Assembly: GCF_964194155.1 (NCBI RefSeq)
Contig: NC_135906.1
Span: 19,592,001-19,656,000, forward strand
Source: Cetorhinus maximus
Taxonomy: Eukaryota
DNA: 64,000 nt
Direction of reading: 5' to 3'
Shown here: in pieces, positions 52,267 through 64,000 of the stretch
Layout of the letters: each line of letters starts with the position of its first letter
How positions within the stretch are numbered: the stretch's first letter is position 1
Translations under genes and position numbers: made by a program
The notes under the pieces: generated by a model
Told to the model about the DNA's origin: nothing
Database searches by the model: none
What the model saw: the letters and a program-made list of their open reading frames with translations, nothing else

Positions 52267-53529
52267 CTGTGACAAGGGAAGGGAAAAGGAAATTATGGAA
52301 AGATATTAAACAGTAGAAAGTAAAAACGACGGTAACAATTCCTGGTTAGTAGAAGATTTTTAGAACTGCAAAATTCAACAAAACATTCAGATACTTATGA
52401 AATTCACTCATTAAATTCGAGCATTATTATTTTGGGGACTGCCTAGTTTTTCTCCTCCTCTCCTGAAATCACCGGTTGTTTGCTTAGAAACAGCTCCATA
52501 GACACAGTTTGCCTTTTGTACTTTGCCCAGGGAATGAGAAGCAAGACCGCACTTCCTCCACTCGTCCTTTCTTGACAAATCTCATCACTGTATTGTGTGG
52601 GGGCTGTGGGGGAGGGGGAGCAGTTAGTGGATCACAGTTGAAACTGTTCTTATCCTCATACAGTGTAAAGTCATGTACCCCCGCAGTAGTCATTGCATTG
52701 TGCATTAAGAAAAGGTAGAATTTCCCTCTCCCTAACCTAGCGGAACTGAGCCCTATTCCAGTTTCTGTACTACTACCCAATGAGATCAGCTAACTCAGCT
52801 CAGGCCAAAGACCAGGAATTGAAACTGGCATCTTCCTGATTTGCAGGGCTCGCTTAACCAGGTCAGCCATGATCCAACTGAATGATGAAATAGGCTCAAG
52901 GGGCTGAATAACCTCCTCCTGTTCCTACTTACCTATTAGCCAAATTCTCTGAGCCTCAAGGAAACAGTTCAGCTCATTACTTCAAACAAACAGTTCTACG
53001 TTATGAGTAGCTGAGTTAAATTAGACTGAGGTGTGTCAGAGTTAGGGTGCAATTGTCCTGTAAATATGCAACAGACCACCAGAACATTATAATGCTGCCA
53101 CAACCACCTGTTAATAAGCTACAGACTGTTGCTTGTCACCAACCCAGAGCGCAGCTTTGGAGAGATTTGTTAAGGGAAATCGAGTAATGACAACATTGCA
53201 TGTTACCTTTATAAAACTGTCTGCGGTTTCAATGGGCCCACTCAATAAGTGAAAAACATTCCGTTCAGAAACTTTTACGCCACACGAGTAGTGTGATAAA
53301 ATTAATCGTGACGTTCAGAGCCAAATACTAGAGAGACTAGTATATTCACTACATGTTGTCTGGGCCTACACATTAGCAGTGGGATTCTAGAGCATAACAC
53401 AATGCATTTGTCTGAAAAATGCTCTCTCCTCTATTTTAGAACTGGCATGAGGCTGCTTAAAATTAAGGGTTGATACCCCTGCAGAATGGTGCAATGTTAT
53501 TTAGCAAATTGTTGGTGCTGCGGGCTGAC

Positions 53530-55292
53530 AAATCCCTTGGCTCTGGATGGGCTTCACCCTAAGGTCTTGAAAGAAGTGGCTAGTGAGATAATTGATACAT
53601 TGATTTTAATTTTCCAAAACTCCCTAGATTCGGAAAAGGTTCCATTAGATTGGAAATTAGCAAATGTAACTCCTTTATTCAAAAAGGGAGACTGAAAGCA
53701 GGAAACTATAGGCCATTTAGCTTAACATTTGTCATAGCGAAAATGTTAGAAGCTATTATTAAAGATGTTATAGCAGGTTACTTAGAAAAAAATCAATGCA
53801 ATCAGGCAGAGTCAACATGCTTTTGTGAAAGGGAAATCATATTTGACCAATTTATTGGAGTTCTTTGAAGGAGTTACATGTGCTGTGGATAAAGGGGAAC
53901 TGGTGGATGTGCTATACTTAGATTTCCAGAAGGCATTTGATAAAGTGCCACATCAAAGGTTACTGTAGAAAATAAAAGCTCATAGTATAGGGGGTAACAT
54001 ATTGGCATGGATAGAAGGTTGGCTAGCTAACAGGAAGCAGAGGGTTGGCATAAATGGGTCTTTTCTGATTGGCAGGATGTGACAAGTGGTGTGCCACAGG
54101 GATCAGTGCTGGGGTCTCAACTTTTTACAATTTATATAAATGACTTGGATGAAGGGACCGAAGGAATGGTTGCTAAATTTGCTGATGACACATAGATAGG
54201 TAAGAAAGTAAATTGTGAAGAGGACATGAGGAGGCTACAAAGGGACATAGATATGTTAAGTGAGTGGGCAAAGATCTGGCAAATGGAGTATAATGTGGGA
54301 AAATGTGAAATTGTCCATTTTGGCAGGAAGAATAAAAAAAGAAGTATATTATCTAAATGGCGAGAGATTGCAGATCTCTGAGGTGCAGAAGGATCTGGAT
54401 GTCCCGGTGCAAATATCACAAAAGGCTAGCACGCAAGTACAGCAAGTAATTAGGAAAACTAATAGAATGTTATCATTTATTGTGAGGGGAATTGATTACA
54501 AAAGTAGGAGGTTATGCTTCAATTGTACAGGACACTGGTGAGAACACATCTGGAGTACTGTGTACAGCATTGGCTTCCTTTTTTGAGGAACAACGTAAAT
54601 GCGTTAGCTGTTCAGAGGTTTACTAGACAAATACCACGAATGGGTGGATTGTCTTATTGAGGAAAGGTCGGGCAGTGGAGGCAGGGTCGTTGAATATTTT
54701 TATGGTGGAGATGGGAAGCTTCTCGTTAGGCAAGAGAATCAAAGGTTATCGGGGGTAGATGAGAATGTGGAATTTGAAACTCAAACAGATCAGCCATGAT
54801 CTTCTTGAATGGCGGAGTAGGCTCGAGGGGCCGAATGGCCTACTTCTGCTCCTATTTCGTATTATGTTAGGCTTGTATCTACAGGAACTTTGAAGAGTAT
54901 GAGGCGACTTGATTGAAACCTTTAAGATCCTGAGAGATCTTGACAGGGTGGATGTGGAGAGGATGCTTCTTCTTGTGGGAGAATCTAGAACTAGGGGTCA
55001 CTGTTTAAAAATAAGGGGTCGCTCATTTAAGACAGGGATGAGGAGAAATTTTTTCTCAGGGGGTTAAGAGTCTTTGGAGCTCTCTTCCTGAAAAGGCGGT
55101 GGAAGCAAAGTCTTTGAATATTCTTAAGGCAGAACTAGATAGATTCTTGATTAACAAGGGGGTGAAAGGTTATCAGGGGTAGGCAGAAATGTGGGGTTGA
55201 GGTTACAACCAGATCAGGCACGATCTTATTGAATGGTAGAGCAGGCTCAGGAGGCCGAGGCCTACTCCTGTTCCTAATTCATATGTTCGTAT
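53530..55292 (+). mobile_element. CR1 LINE fragment (RT domain to 3' end, internally rearranged)
   Basis: [44 protein letters not shown]. Confidence 0.92.
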
Positions 55293-55420
55293 GCAGAGAC
55301 ACATACACTAATACCCCAGAGAATAAGGGCAATGGCTTGGGCCTAACATTATTTTCAAGTTAAATCAATGAATGAACCAAACTCTTCTTACATAAAAAGG
55401 TCAGGAAATGATTTACGTAC

Positions 55421-55518
55421 CCAGCTAGTAAAAAATCATCGTCCACAATGTTCTTCAGTGGAACGCAAAGAATGGGAGGCAAATTTTGGAACATTCGATG
55501 AGAGAACTGCCCAGTTAT
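55421..55518 (-). CDS. DCAF15: DCAF15 exon 2
   Basis: [32 protein letters not shown](G). Confidence 0.95.
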
Positions 55519-57304
55519 CTGTGAGAGAGAGAAAAAGGTAACATATGTGTTTCTGGCCGAGAAAGAACCGCGTGACAATGGGTATTGGTTTGGACAAGGA
55601 CTGGTTTCAAAAGGTTTGACACTTCACATTTACTGCAATCTCGCTTCACTTCACCTAACTCAAACTGCTGGAAAGGCTGTGATAATCGGAAGCTTGACCC
55701 ACAATTCAGCTAAGTTGAAACTAGGATCAGGTTGTCCGCCCACTACTCTCTATAACACTCTCCTGTTCTAGAATTCGCGTGAGAAAACAGAATTGGTCAG
55801 AAAGATCCCTATAGGCTCGACTTTTAATTAATGAATTTAATTAGAGTGAGGGAAGTACAGGCCCCTAGAGCATCCCAACAATGCCACGAAACATTCCCTG
55901 CTGCAAAGTCTGTGTCAGAATATACATGTCCCGGTTGTTAGACTAAATTAAGTGCCTTCTTAATTTGCCAAGCCCATTAAAACCTGTTTTAAGAACCACT
56001 ACAAGTGTGAGATAAATTTATCATTCTGTGAGAAAGCTTAATCCACGAAGAGCACCTCAATCATCAACTCCTCACTCTTAAATAGGTCTGGGAAAGGCCG
56101 CTACATTTTTTACCAATTCGTTTATCAAAAAGTTATAATTCCAGAAAATTCTCTACATATTGAAGGGTGAAAATTTAAACAGGGAGAGAGTCGAGAAGGT
56201 CATTGACCCAGCAAAGGAGAGGATTGGAAAATAAAAAGAGTAAAGCAGACCTGCATTTATATAGCACTTTTCACAGCCTCAGGATGTCCCAAAACATTTC
56301 ACAGCCAATGGAATTCTTTTGAAGTGTAGTCACTGATGTTAAGCAGTGCAGGCACAGCAAGCTCCCAGAACTGCAATATGATAACGACCAGATAATCTGT
56401 TTCAGGGAATTGGTTGAGATAAATATTGGCCAGGACACCAGGGAGAACTCTCCTGCTCTTAAAAATGAATTTAAAAAAGGAGAGCACTTGAAAACTTAAC
56501 TCCAAACATGTCCCCCTCCCAATTGTTGACACATGGCACTTTTCTCATTTTTACACCATACAATCTCAGTGACAGTGCCTATTCATGCTAAATTAGGGAC
56601 AATTCTGGGCTGTAGTTGCATATTAATTAGGAACTACACTGAAACAACCCAAACTCATTTTACACAGAAGATACTTTCACATATTCCAGGGGTGAACTAC
56701 TGTTTACAAACTCACTGCACGATTCAGTTCCTAATAATTGCATTGTTGTGGCAGGTTACACAATGGATTCCTTTTTGAAGTGCAGACACTTCTTGTAGAA
56801 ACAACCACGGCAGCCATTCTCCATCAGCAACATTCCACTAACAGCCGTGACACAAATAACCAACCAAATAACCAGTACCACCAATCGTTAGTTTAAGAGA
56901 AAAATGTTGATCAGGGCACCTTGTTCTTAAACGTTAGCATCAAGTAGTTCAATGATTCTTGTGAAAGACAGCAGCTCTGATAATGTAGCACTCCCTTTGT
57001 ACTGCAATGCAATGTTAGCTAACTCAAATTGTGTAGTTATGACTCAAAATGTTCAATCCAGATTGCTACCAACTGAGCCAAGTTGACCAGGATATGATAT
57101 AATACAACAATGAGAGGAATATTAAGTGTTACTGAACTACACAATGTCCTCCCTTACTTCATGGAATAAAACTGCTGTTTACAAGGCAAACAGTGCTGGA
57201 AATATCTAGGATATGTTCTAGTAATGACACTTAATAGTCAACTTTCAAAGCTTTTCCCTTCTGCGAGTAACATTAGTGGCTGCAGCGCAGAAACAGGAGA
57301 GGGG

Positions 57305-57690
57305 GAGATGGTGACATAGTGATAATGTCACTGGACTAGTAATCCAGAGACCTAGACTAATGCCCTTGGGATACAGGTTCAAATCCCACCACGACAGCTG
57401 GTGGAATTTAAATTCAATTAATAAATCTGAAATCTGGCATAAACACTGGTCTTGGTAATGATGACCATGAAACTTTCATCAATTGTCCTAAAAACCCACC
57501 TGGTTCACTAATGTCCTTTAGGAAGGAAATCTGCTGTCCTTACCTGGTCTGGCCTACATGTGACTCCAGATCCATTGTAATGAGGTTGACTCTTACCTGC
57601 CCTCTGAAATGTTCAGTTCAACGGCAATTAGGGATGGGCAACTAATGCTGGCTTTGCCAGCGCCACCCACATCCAATGAAAGAATAATAC
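57305..57690 (+). mobile_element. tRNA-derived shark SINE (HE1-like)
   Basis: A box TGGTGACATAGTG, B box GGTTCAAATCC, LINE-derived 3' tail; second copy about 61028-61265. Confidence 0.75.
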
Positions 57691-57879
57691 ATCTGGTAGA
57701 TGTTGGTGTTTATGCTCTACACAAGCCTGCTCTCATCCTATCAGCATATCCTTCTATTCCTTTCGCCCTCGTGTTTATCCGGCTTCCCTTTGAAATGTTA
57801 CAATGCTATTCATCTCAATGACTATGTGGAAGTGAGTTGAGTGCCTTCCATCAGTTGAAAGGTGAGGCAATCGGTCATC

Positions 57880-59670
57880 AATCTGGTCAATTACTGCCCA
57901 TCAGTCTACTCTCCATCATTAGTAAAATGACGGAAGGTGTCACTGACAGTGTTAACAAGCTGCACTTACCCAGCAATAACATGCTCACTGATGCTCAGTT
58001 TGGGTTCCACCAGAGCCACTCAGCTTCTGACCTCATTACAGCCTTGGTTCAAACATGGACAAAAGAGCTGAACTCCCGAGGTGAGAGTGACTGCTCTTGA
58101 CATCAAGGCCGCATTTGACCTGGCGTGGCATCAAGGAGCCCCAGCAATGGGAATCAGGGGGAAAACTCTCCACTGGTTGGAGTCATACTAGCACAAAGGA
58201 AGATGGTTGTAGTTGTTGGAGATCAATCATCTCAGCTTCAGGACATGACTGCAGGAGTTCCTCAGGGTGGTGTCCTAGGCCCAACCATCTTCAGCTGCTT
58301 CATCAATGACCTTCCTTCCATCATAAGGTCAGAAGTGGGGATGTTCACTGATGATTGCACCATGTTCAGCACCATTCATGACTCCTCAGATATTGAAGCA
58401 GTCCATGTCCAAGTGCAGCAAGACCTGGACAATATCCAGGCTTGGGCTGACACGTGGCAAGTAACATTCGTGCCACACATCGTGCCAGGCAATGACCGTC
58501 TCCAACAAGAGAGAATCTAATTGTCTCCCCTTGACATTAAATGGCATTACTGTTGCTGAATCCCCCATTATCAACGTCCTTGGAGTTACCACTGAGCAGA
58601 AACTGAACTGGACCAGCCATATAAATACTGTAGATACAAGAGTAGGTCAGAGGCTGGGAATTCTACAGTGAGTAACTCACCTCCTGACTCCACAAAGCCT
58701 GTCCACTATCTACAAGGCACAAGTCAGGAGTGTGATGGAATGCTCTCCACTTGCCTGGATGAGTGCAGCTGCAACAACACTCAAGAAGCTTGACACCATC
58801 CAGGACAAAGCAGCCCACTTGATTGGCACCCCATCCACAAACATTCACTCCCTCCACCACTGACACACAGTAGCAGCAGAGTGTACTATCTACAAGATGC
58901 ACTGCAGGAACTCACCAAGGTTCCTTCGACAGTGCCTTCCAAACCCATGACCACTACCATCTAGAAGGTCAAGGGCAGCAGTCACTCACCATCCTGACTT
59001 GGAAATATATCACCGTTCCTTCACTGTCGCTGGGTCAAAATCCTGGAACTCCCTCCCTAACAGCACTGTGGGTGTAACCTACACCACATGGACTGCAGCG
59101 GTTCAAGAAGGCAGCTCACCACCACATTCTCAAGGGCAATTAGGATGGGCAGTCAAAAGTGCATTGGAACACTCCCCACGTACCTGGATGAGTCTAGCTC
59201 CCATAACACTCAAGAAGCTCAGCACCATCCAGCACAAAGCAGTCCCCTTGGTTGGCACTCCATCCACAAACATTCACTCCCTCCACCACCGACACACAGT
59301 AGCAGCAGTGTGTACCATCCACAAGATGCACTGCAGCAACTCACCAGGGCTCTTTCGACAGCACCTTCCAAACCCGTGACCTCTCCCAACTAGACGGACA
59401 AGGGCAGCAGATGCATGGGAGATCCCGAAAGTTCCCCTCCAAGCCACTCACCATTCTGACTTGGAAATATATCGCCGTTCCTTCACTGTCACTGGGTCAA
59501 AAGCCTAGAACTCCATCCCTAACAGCACCGTGGGTGCACCTACACCACATGGACTGCAGCAGTTCAGGAAGGCGGCTCACCCACCCACCCACCCACCCAC
59601 CCACCACCTTCTCACGGGCAGACGAGCCATGAACGCTGGCCCGGCCAGCGACGCCCACATCCTGTAACAG
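57880..59670 (+). mobile_element. CR1/L2-clade LINE fragment with duplicated 3' segment
   Basis: PISLLSIISK, DAQFGF, GVPQGGVLGPTIF; about 58735-58980 recurs at about 59165-59410. Confidence 0.9.
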
Positions 59671-59794
59671 AATTTTAAAGAAGATTTTGGATTAGCAGCA
59701 AACACGTTGCAGCTTGTGAAGAGGGCAGGAAATAGCAGCTCCCAAACCACACTCCATTCCTGACACCACTACAGGCTTTCAAAAAAATAAGAGG

Positions 59795-59968
59795 GAGGGA
59801 GGGGGGAAATCAATGCACAACATTAAACATCAAGGTTACCAACATGAAAATTTCTGTACTCTCATTGTAAATCCATTTCAGGGGAGGGAGGGGAATCAAT
59901 GCACAACATTAAGCATCAAGGTTACCAACATGAAAATTTCTGTACTCTCGTTGTAAATCCATTTCAGG
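59795..59968 (+). repeat. Tandem duplication, 2 x about 86 bp
   Basis: AATCAATGCACAACATTAA...AAATCCATTTCAGG at 59808 and 59894, 2 substitutions. Confidence 0.95.
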
Positions 59969-60547
59969 TGAGGTGAGGTGAGGGGAGGTGAGTGGGAAAG
60001 AGCAGTGTCCAACATGGAAACAAAGGAATCTCATAGGCAAACACTGATATATGGCAATGCAATTTCAAATCAATTCGCAAGTGGGCAAGTTTGCAAACTC
60101 TCACACACAGGCCTGGACGAAATGAATGCTGAAAGCCAGTGGGGCAGACAACCTTTTCATTTACACAGCCTGGCAGGGTTGATTCCTGCAATTGTGATGA
60201 ATTGGGAGCACTTTAAATAAATAGTTACAACAAAATATATATATATATCTATCTATATAATATGGTGATGGGGACCAGCAGCAGGTTTCTATTATAATTG
60301 CATGAACATCCATCGTTTTGAGTTGTCCTGGTGTATGGAAAGTGGTTGTAATGATGATATTTTGGTGATGTTCTGAGCTTGTTGCTGTGGGTGAGGGGGA
60401 GGATTTGCTGGAGTTTATGTCCCTCCCTCCTCCCCCAGTCAGTCAATCCCAGTTTTACAGCTTTATTCGGCGGCTTTTCACCCTGCAAAACGCACATTTA
60501 GTATCAGCAGATGTTAACTGAGCCTGTCCTGCCGCCCATTCCAGTAC

Positions 60548-60622
60548 CTTCAGCCGGTATAAGTTCCTCAGGACATTGCTTTTCTTCCTCCCACTCGGAC
60601 GCTTGTTCCAGCTCGGCGCCAT
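60548..60622 (-). CDS. DCAF15: DCAF15 exon 1
   Basis: MAPSWNKRPSGRKKSNVLRNLYRLK, Kozak AAGATGG, GT donor, CpG island. Confidence 0.9.
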
Positions 60623-60900
60623 CTTCTCCTCCTCCTCCTCCTCCTCCACTCCACCGCGCAACCCAACCTCGCCGGGGGCGGGGGGGGGGGGCGGGGCGGG
60701 GGCGGGCAGGCAATGGCCCCGCCCACCTCCGCTCCCTATTGGCTACTTCACGTGCCCGGCGCCACTTTTCCTTCGTCCACCTCCGACGTCAATCATTGCC
60801 GCCTAGCGAGTTAGGTTGAGGCAGTGACTCCTCCCCCTCCCCTCGGTTGCTAGGTTAGCGCCCTCTGCAGGGCGGGGCAGCGCAGCGCCCCAGAGGCCAG
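60623..60900 (-). promoter_or_regulatory. DCAF15 CpG-island promoter / 5' UTR
   Basis: Tandem GGGGCGGGG boxes about 60673-60706, ATTGG 60738, CACGTG about 60749, GACGTCA about 60785, CTCF-like CCCTGCAGAGGGCGCT (minus) 60857-60872. Confidence 0.75.
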
Positions 60901-61589
60901 TCCAAACAGAGCACAAGGGCCAATGTCTCTGGTGTTCCAACCAGCCTTCATCTTCCTCCTCCTCCTTCAGGTGCCAAGCTTTGGCAACCATGGGGCTTCC
61001 ACTAGATTGGCCCATGGTTATGCATTAGGGGGAAGATGGTGGTGTCATGGTATTGTCACTGGACTGGTAATCCAGAGGCCCAGACTTAATGGCCTGGGGA
61101 CATCGGTTCAAATCCCACCACAGCAGCTTGGGGAATTAAAATTCAATTAATAAATTTGGATTTGAAATTTAGTCTCAGTAATAGTGACCATGAAACTATC
61201 ATCGATTCCTGTAAAAACCCATCTGGTTCACTAATGCCCTTTGGGGAAGGAAATCTTCCATCCTTCCTGCAACTCACAGCTGGTTGACTCCAGAACTTCT
61301 TGCTCAGAGATAGGGACACGACCACCACAACACAAAACCTCCTTACCCTTTAATATTAGAGCTGGATATTCACCCCCACCTGAGCTCATCTACTGCTGAA
61401 TCCCTCATCCATGCCTTTGTCATCTCTAGACTTGACTGTTCCAACACACTCCAGACCTTCCACCACATTCTACCCTCCGTACACTTGCTATCACCATGGT
61501 TGCCGGCTATGTCCTTAAACACACCAAGTCCCGAGCACACATCATCCAGTGTGTCTGTTGCTCTACATCAGCTGCTGGTCAAGCAATGC

Positions 61590-62246
61590 CAGCGTGCCCA
61601 ACCACCCTGGATTTTTCAGGATTGTCTCAGAATTTGACTTCACGTCCTGCGTGGGCTGCCTGTGACACCATTTGTCCCAGATTAGTCCGGGCAGCGACTG
61701 AGGAGACTGCGCTGCCTGAGCATCTTTGGTGTCTGCATATGCACAATGTGCTGCTGTGCATACAGAGTCCAGATCCAGCACAGTGCACACACACAGACAC
61801 TCGGCCACAAGGGAGCAGCAGCGCTGGCCAGCACCCTCCTCCCTGAGAGTTGTCTGGCTTTGGTGGGTATTTGGGGTACGGGAGGGGCGTTGGAGGGTGG
61901 TGGTCAGGGGTGGCCTAGGCGAGCAGTGATAATGGCAGCACTGAGGCCGACTCTTGGTGTGGATGGGGAGGGGGTGGTTTGGTCCGAAGTCAGGTCCGGT
62001 ACTCAGGCCTGAGTCGAGGGCGGCGGTTGGTTCTGGCACAGGCCCAGGGCGGGTCCAACGGACCTGAAGAAGGCGTTGTCCGGGCAGACCCAATGGGGAG
62101 GAGGGTCCTGGCAGACTCAAGGGGGAGAGAGGGGCAGGCAGGCCTGAGATGGGAGTCTGGGCTGGATCTTCTGAACTCGTCAGCATCCCCCCCTCATCCC
62201 TCCCAGTGAACTATCCCCTGTTTTTTTCTTAGAGTTAGTCACCTTG
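61590..62246. mobile_element. Non-autonomous hAT (Blackjack-like) element inserted in an L2-like fragment
   Basis: Degenerate TIRs CAGCGTGCCCAAC / GTTAGTCACCTTG; 8-bp TSD AGCAATGC / ACGAATGC; L2-like sequence 61365-61589 resumes at 62247. Confidence 0.6.
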
Positions 62247-63976
62247 ACGAATGCATCCATTTTAAAAATTCTCATCCCTGTTTTCAAATACCTCAACGGC
62301 CTTGCCCCTCCCTATCTCTGTAACTTCCTCCAGCCCTGCGACCCTCCGAGATCTCTGCACTCATCCAATTCTGGTCCCTTGATCCCGATTTCAAATCTCT
62401 TCATTATGGCTGTGGCTTCAGCTGCCCTGATCTGAAGGTCTGGAATTCCCTCTCCACCTCTCTTTAGACGCTCTTTAAAACCCACATCTTTGACCAAGAT
62501 TTTGGTCATCTGTCCTAACACAAGCTTTGGTGTCAAATTTTCTTGATTGCATTCCTGAGAAAAACACCCCAAGATGCTTCAATTTTTATCGAATGTAAGT
62601 AGAAATTGTTGCTTTCAGGATTTCTGGTTTTAAGATCCTGGGATACAATGAGTTCAGGTGCAAAAAAGACTTGAAGAGTGATGAACATAGTTTGGAGTTC
62701 TGCCGCACAGATAAAATGATTTAAGTGGAAATGGCTATAAATATAACTTATCCCTCAGAGAGAGACCAAAGATCCAACCTGGGCTACGCCTGTAAATCAC
62801 TGAGTACTGCAATTTGCAGCAAAATTCATGTCGGTACGACATTTAACATATCAATTTATTGCAATGTTTTACTCATCTCAGATATTCCTAGTGAACTGTG
62901 AACTTTATTCTGCACAGCTCCTTGCTGCTTCTTGATGTAGAATGTAGTCCAAATGCTGGAATTTTACCAGCAATGAAACACTTCAGTTCTGTGGAGAGAC
63001 TCGAGACACTGGGATTATTTTCTTTGAGCAGAGAAGGTTAAGAAGAGGAAGAGTGATACGGACTTGAAACCTTAACTCTGTCTTTCTCTCCACAGTTGCT
63101 GTCTGGCCTGCTGAGTTCTTCCAGCACTTTTTGTCGTTGTTTCAGATTTCCAGCATTCGCCTTTATCTTAAGGTTAAGAGATTTAATAAAGACGTTTAAA
63201 ATGATCAAAGGTTTAGATAGAATAATTAAGGAGAAGCTGGTGGAAGGGCCAGTAACCAGTGGACACAGACATAAGATAATTGGCAAAAGATAAAGGGTGG
63301 AGATGTGAAAGTTTTTTTAAACTCAGGTGATCGGGACTGCACTGCCTGACAGAGTGGTGGAAGCAAATGAAATAACAACTTTCTAAAAGTGAAATGAACA
63401 TACACTTGAAATGGGGAAAAAATGCAAGGCTGTGGGGAAACAGCAAGCGGATTGTGGGGCTAACTGGGTGGCCCTATCAAAGAATCAGCATGATGGGCCA
63501 AATAGCCTCCTTCTGTGCAGCCTGATTCTATGATTTTCTAGATGCCCCATTTCCATGCGTTATGGATTGACGCTTTGTATAACTTTCTATAAACTAAATT
63601 ACCAAAGTAAAACCAGACCAGAAACAACACATCAGATCAAATGAGAGGTTTGAAACAGGATTTATTGCGTTACACAATGCTGCCAGGTTACAATTTACTG
63701 AGGATTCAGAAAAGGACATTCAGTGCTACAATTTAAACAATGCGCTTGTGGGCTGCATACGGTCAGGAATATCCAAAGCAGTGACCTGGATCAGCATTAC
63801 ACTGCAGCTGGAAACCACCATTAATCTCAGCCACACTGCAAAGCAAGGACCAACAGCAAGAGTGAGGCTCCTCACTACCTGCGGCTGATTGACTCAAAAG
63901 ATTTACAGCGCAGAGCTTTCATGTTTATAGATCTGTACGTGTGCAGGGGTGAGGGTGGTGGGGTACGGGGACTTAC

Positions 63977-64000
63977 CCGTGTCGTATCTTTACCGCAGGA
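63977..64000 (-). other. Possible 3' end of an exon of an upstream minus-strand gene
   Basis: CGG|GTAAGT consensus donor with CpG-containing sequence at the window edge; too short to identify. Confidence 0.3.

Noticed and set aside
57305-57400. tRNA gene (A and B boxes)
   Set aside because: No cloverleaf; it is a SINE head, as are the B-box matches near 44522, 50470 and 61105
61563-62186. 207-aa ORF as a host gene
   Set aside because: No recognisable domain; almost entirely within a TE-like insertion; GC-rich DNA has few stops
63879-63932. Small minus-strand exon following the 63976 donor
   Set aside because: Implied intron is only about 45 nt, too short for a typical vertebrate intron; no recognisable protein

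Overview
Vertebrate nuclear DNA, most likely an elasmobranch (shark): it is dense in CR1/L2 LINE fragments, Deu-domain SINEs and palindromic Penelope-derived insertions, and has one 140-nt N gap. Four spliced protein-coding genes can be read with GT-AG boundaries and consistent phases. (1) An SSX2IP/ADIP-like gene (minus, ATG 8485, six clear coding exons down to 1209, 3' part unresolved). (2) CLPP (minus, 24547-12580, 7 exons, 248 aa). (3) A 68-aa GNG5/GNG10-type G-protein gamma subunit (plus, 26506-29685), absent from the ORF track and head-to-head with CLPP. (4) DCAF15 (minus, 60622-39958, 13 exons, 710 aa). Main observations: the SSX2IP-like and GNG5-like genes look like ohnologs retained on the human-chr19-type paralogon. 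CLPP intron 1 holds a nested structure: a fossil hAT transposon inserted in a CR1, carrying an inverted copy of its own flank, a Penelope palindrome with a 14-bp TSD, and a 22x31-bp minisatellite in which every unit has a CSL/RBPJ site and most have a HIF-type TACGTG. Hammerhead-like cores occur in the palindromic repeats. All homologies are from recall of known sequences, not from database searches.
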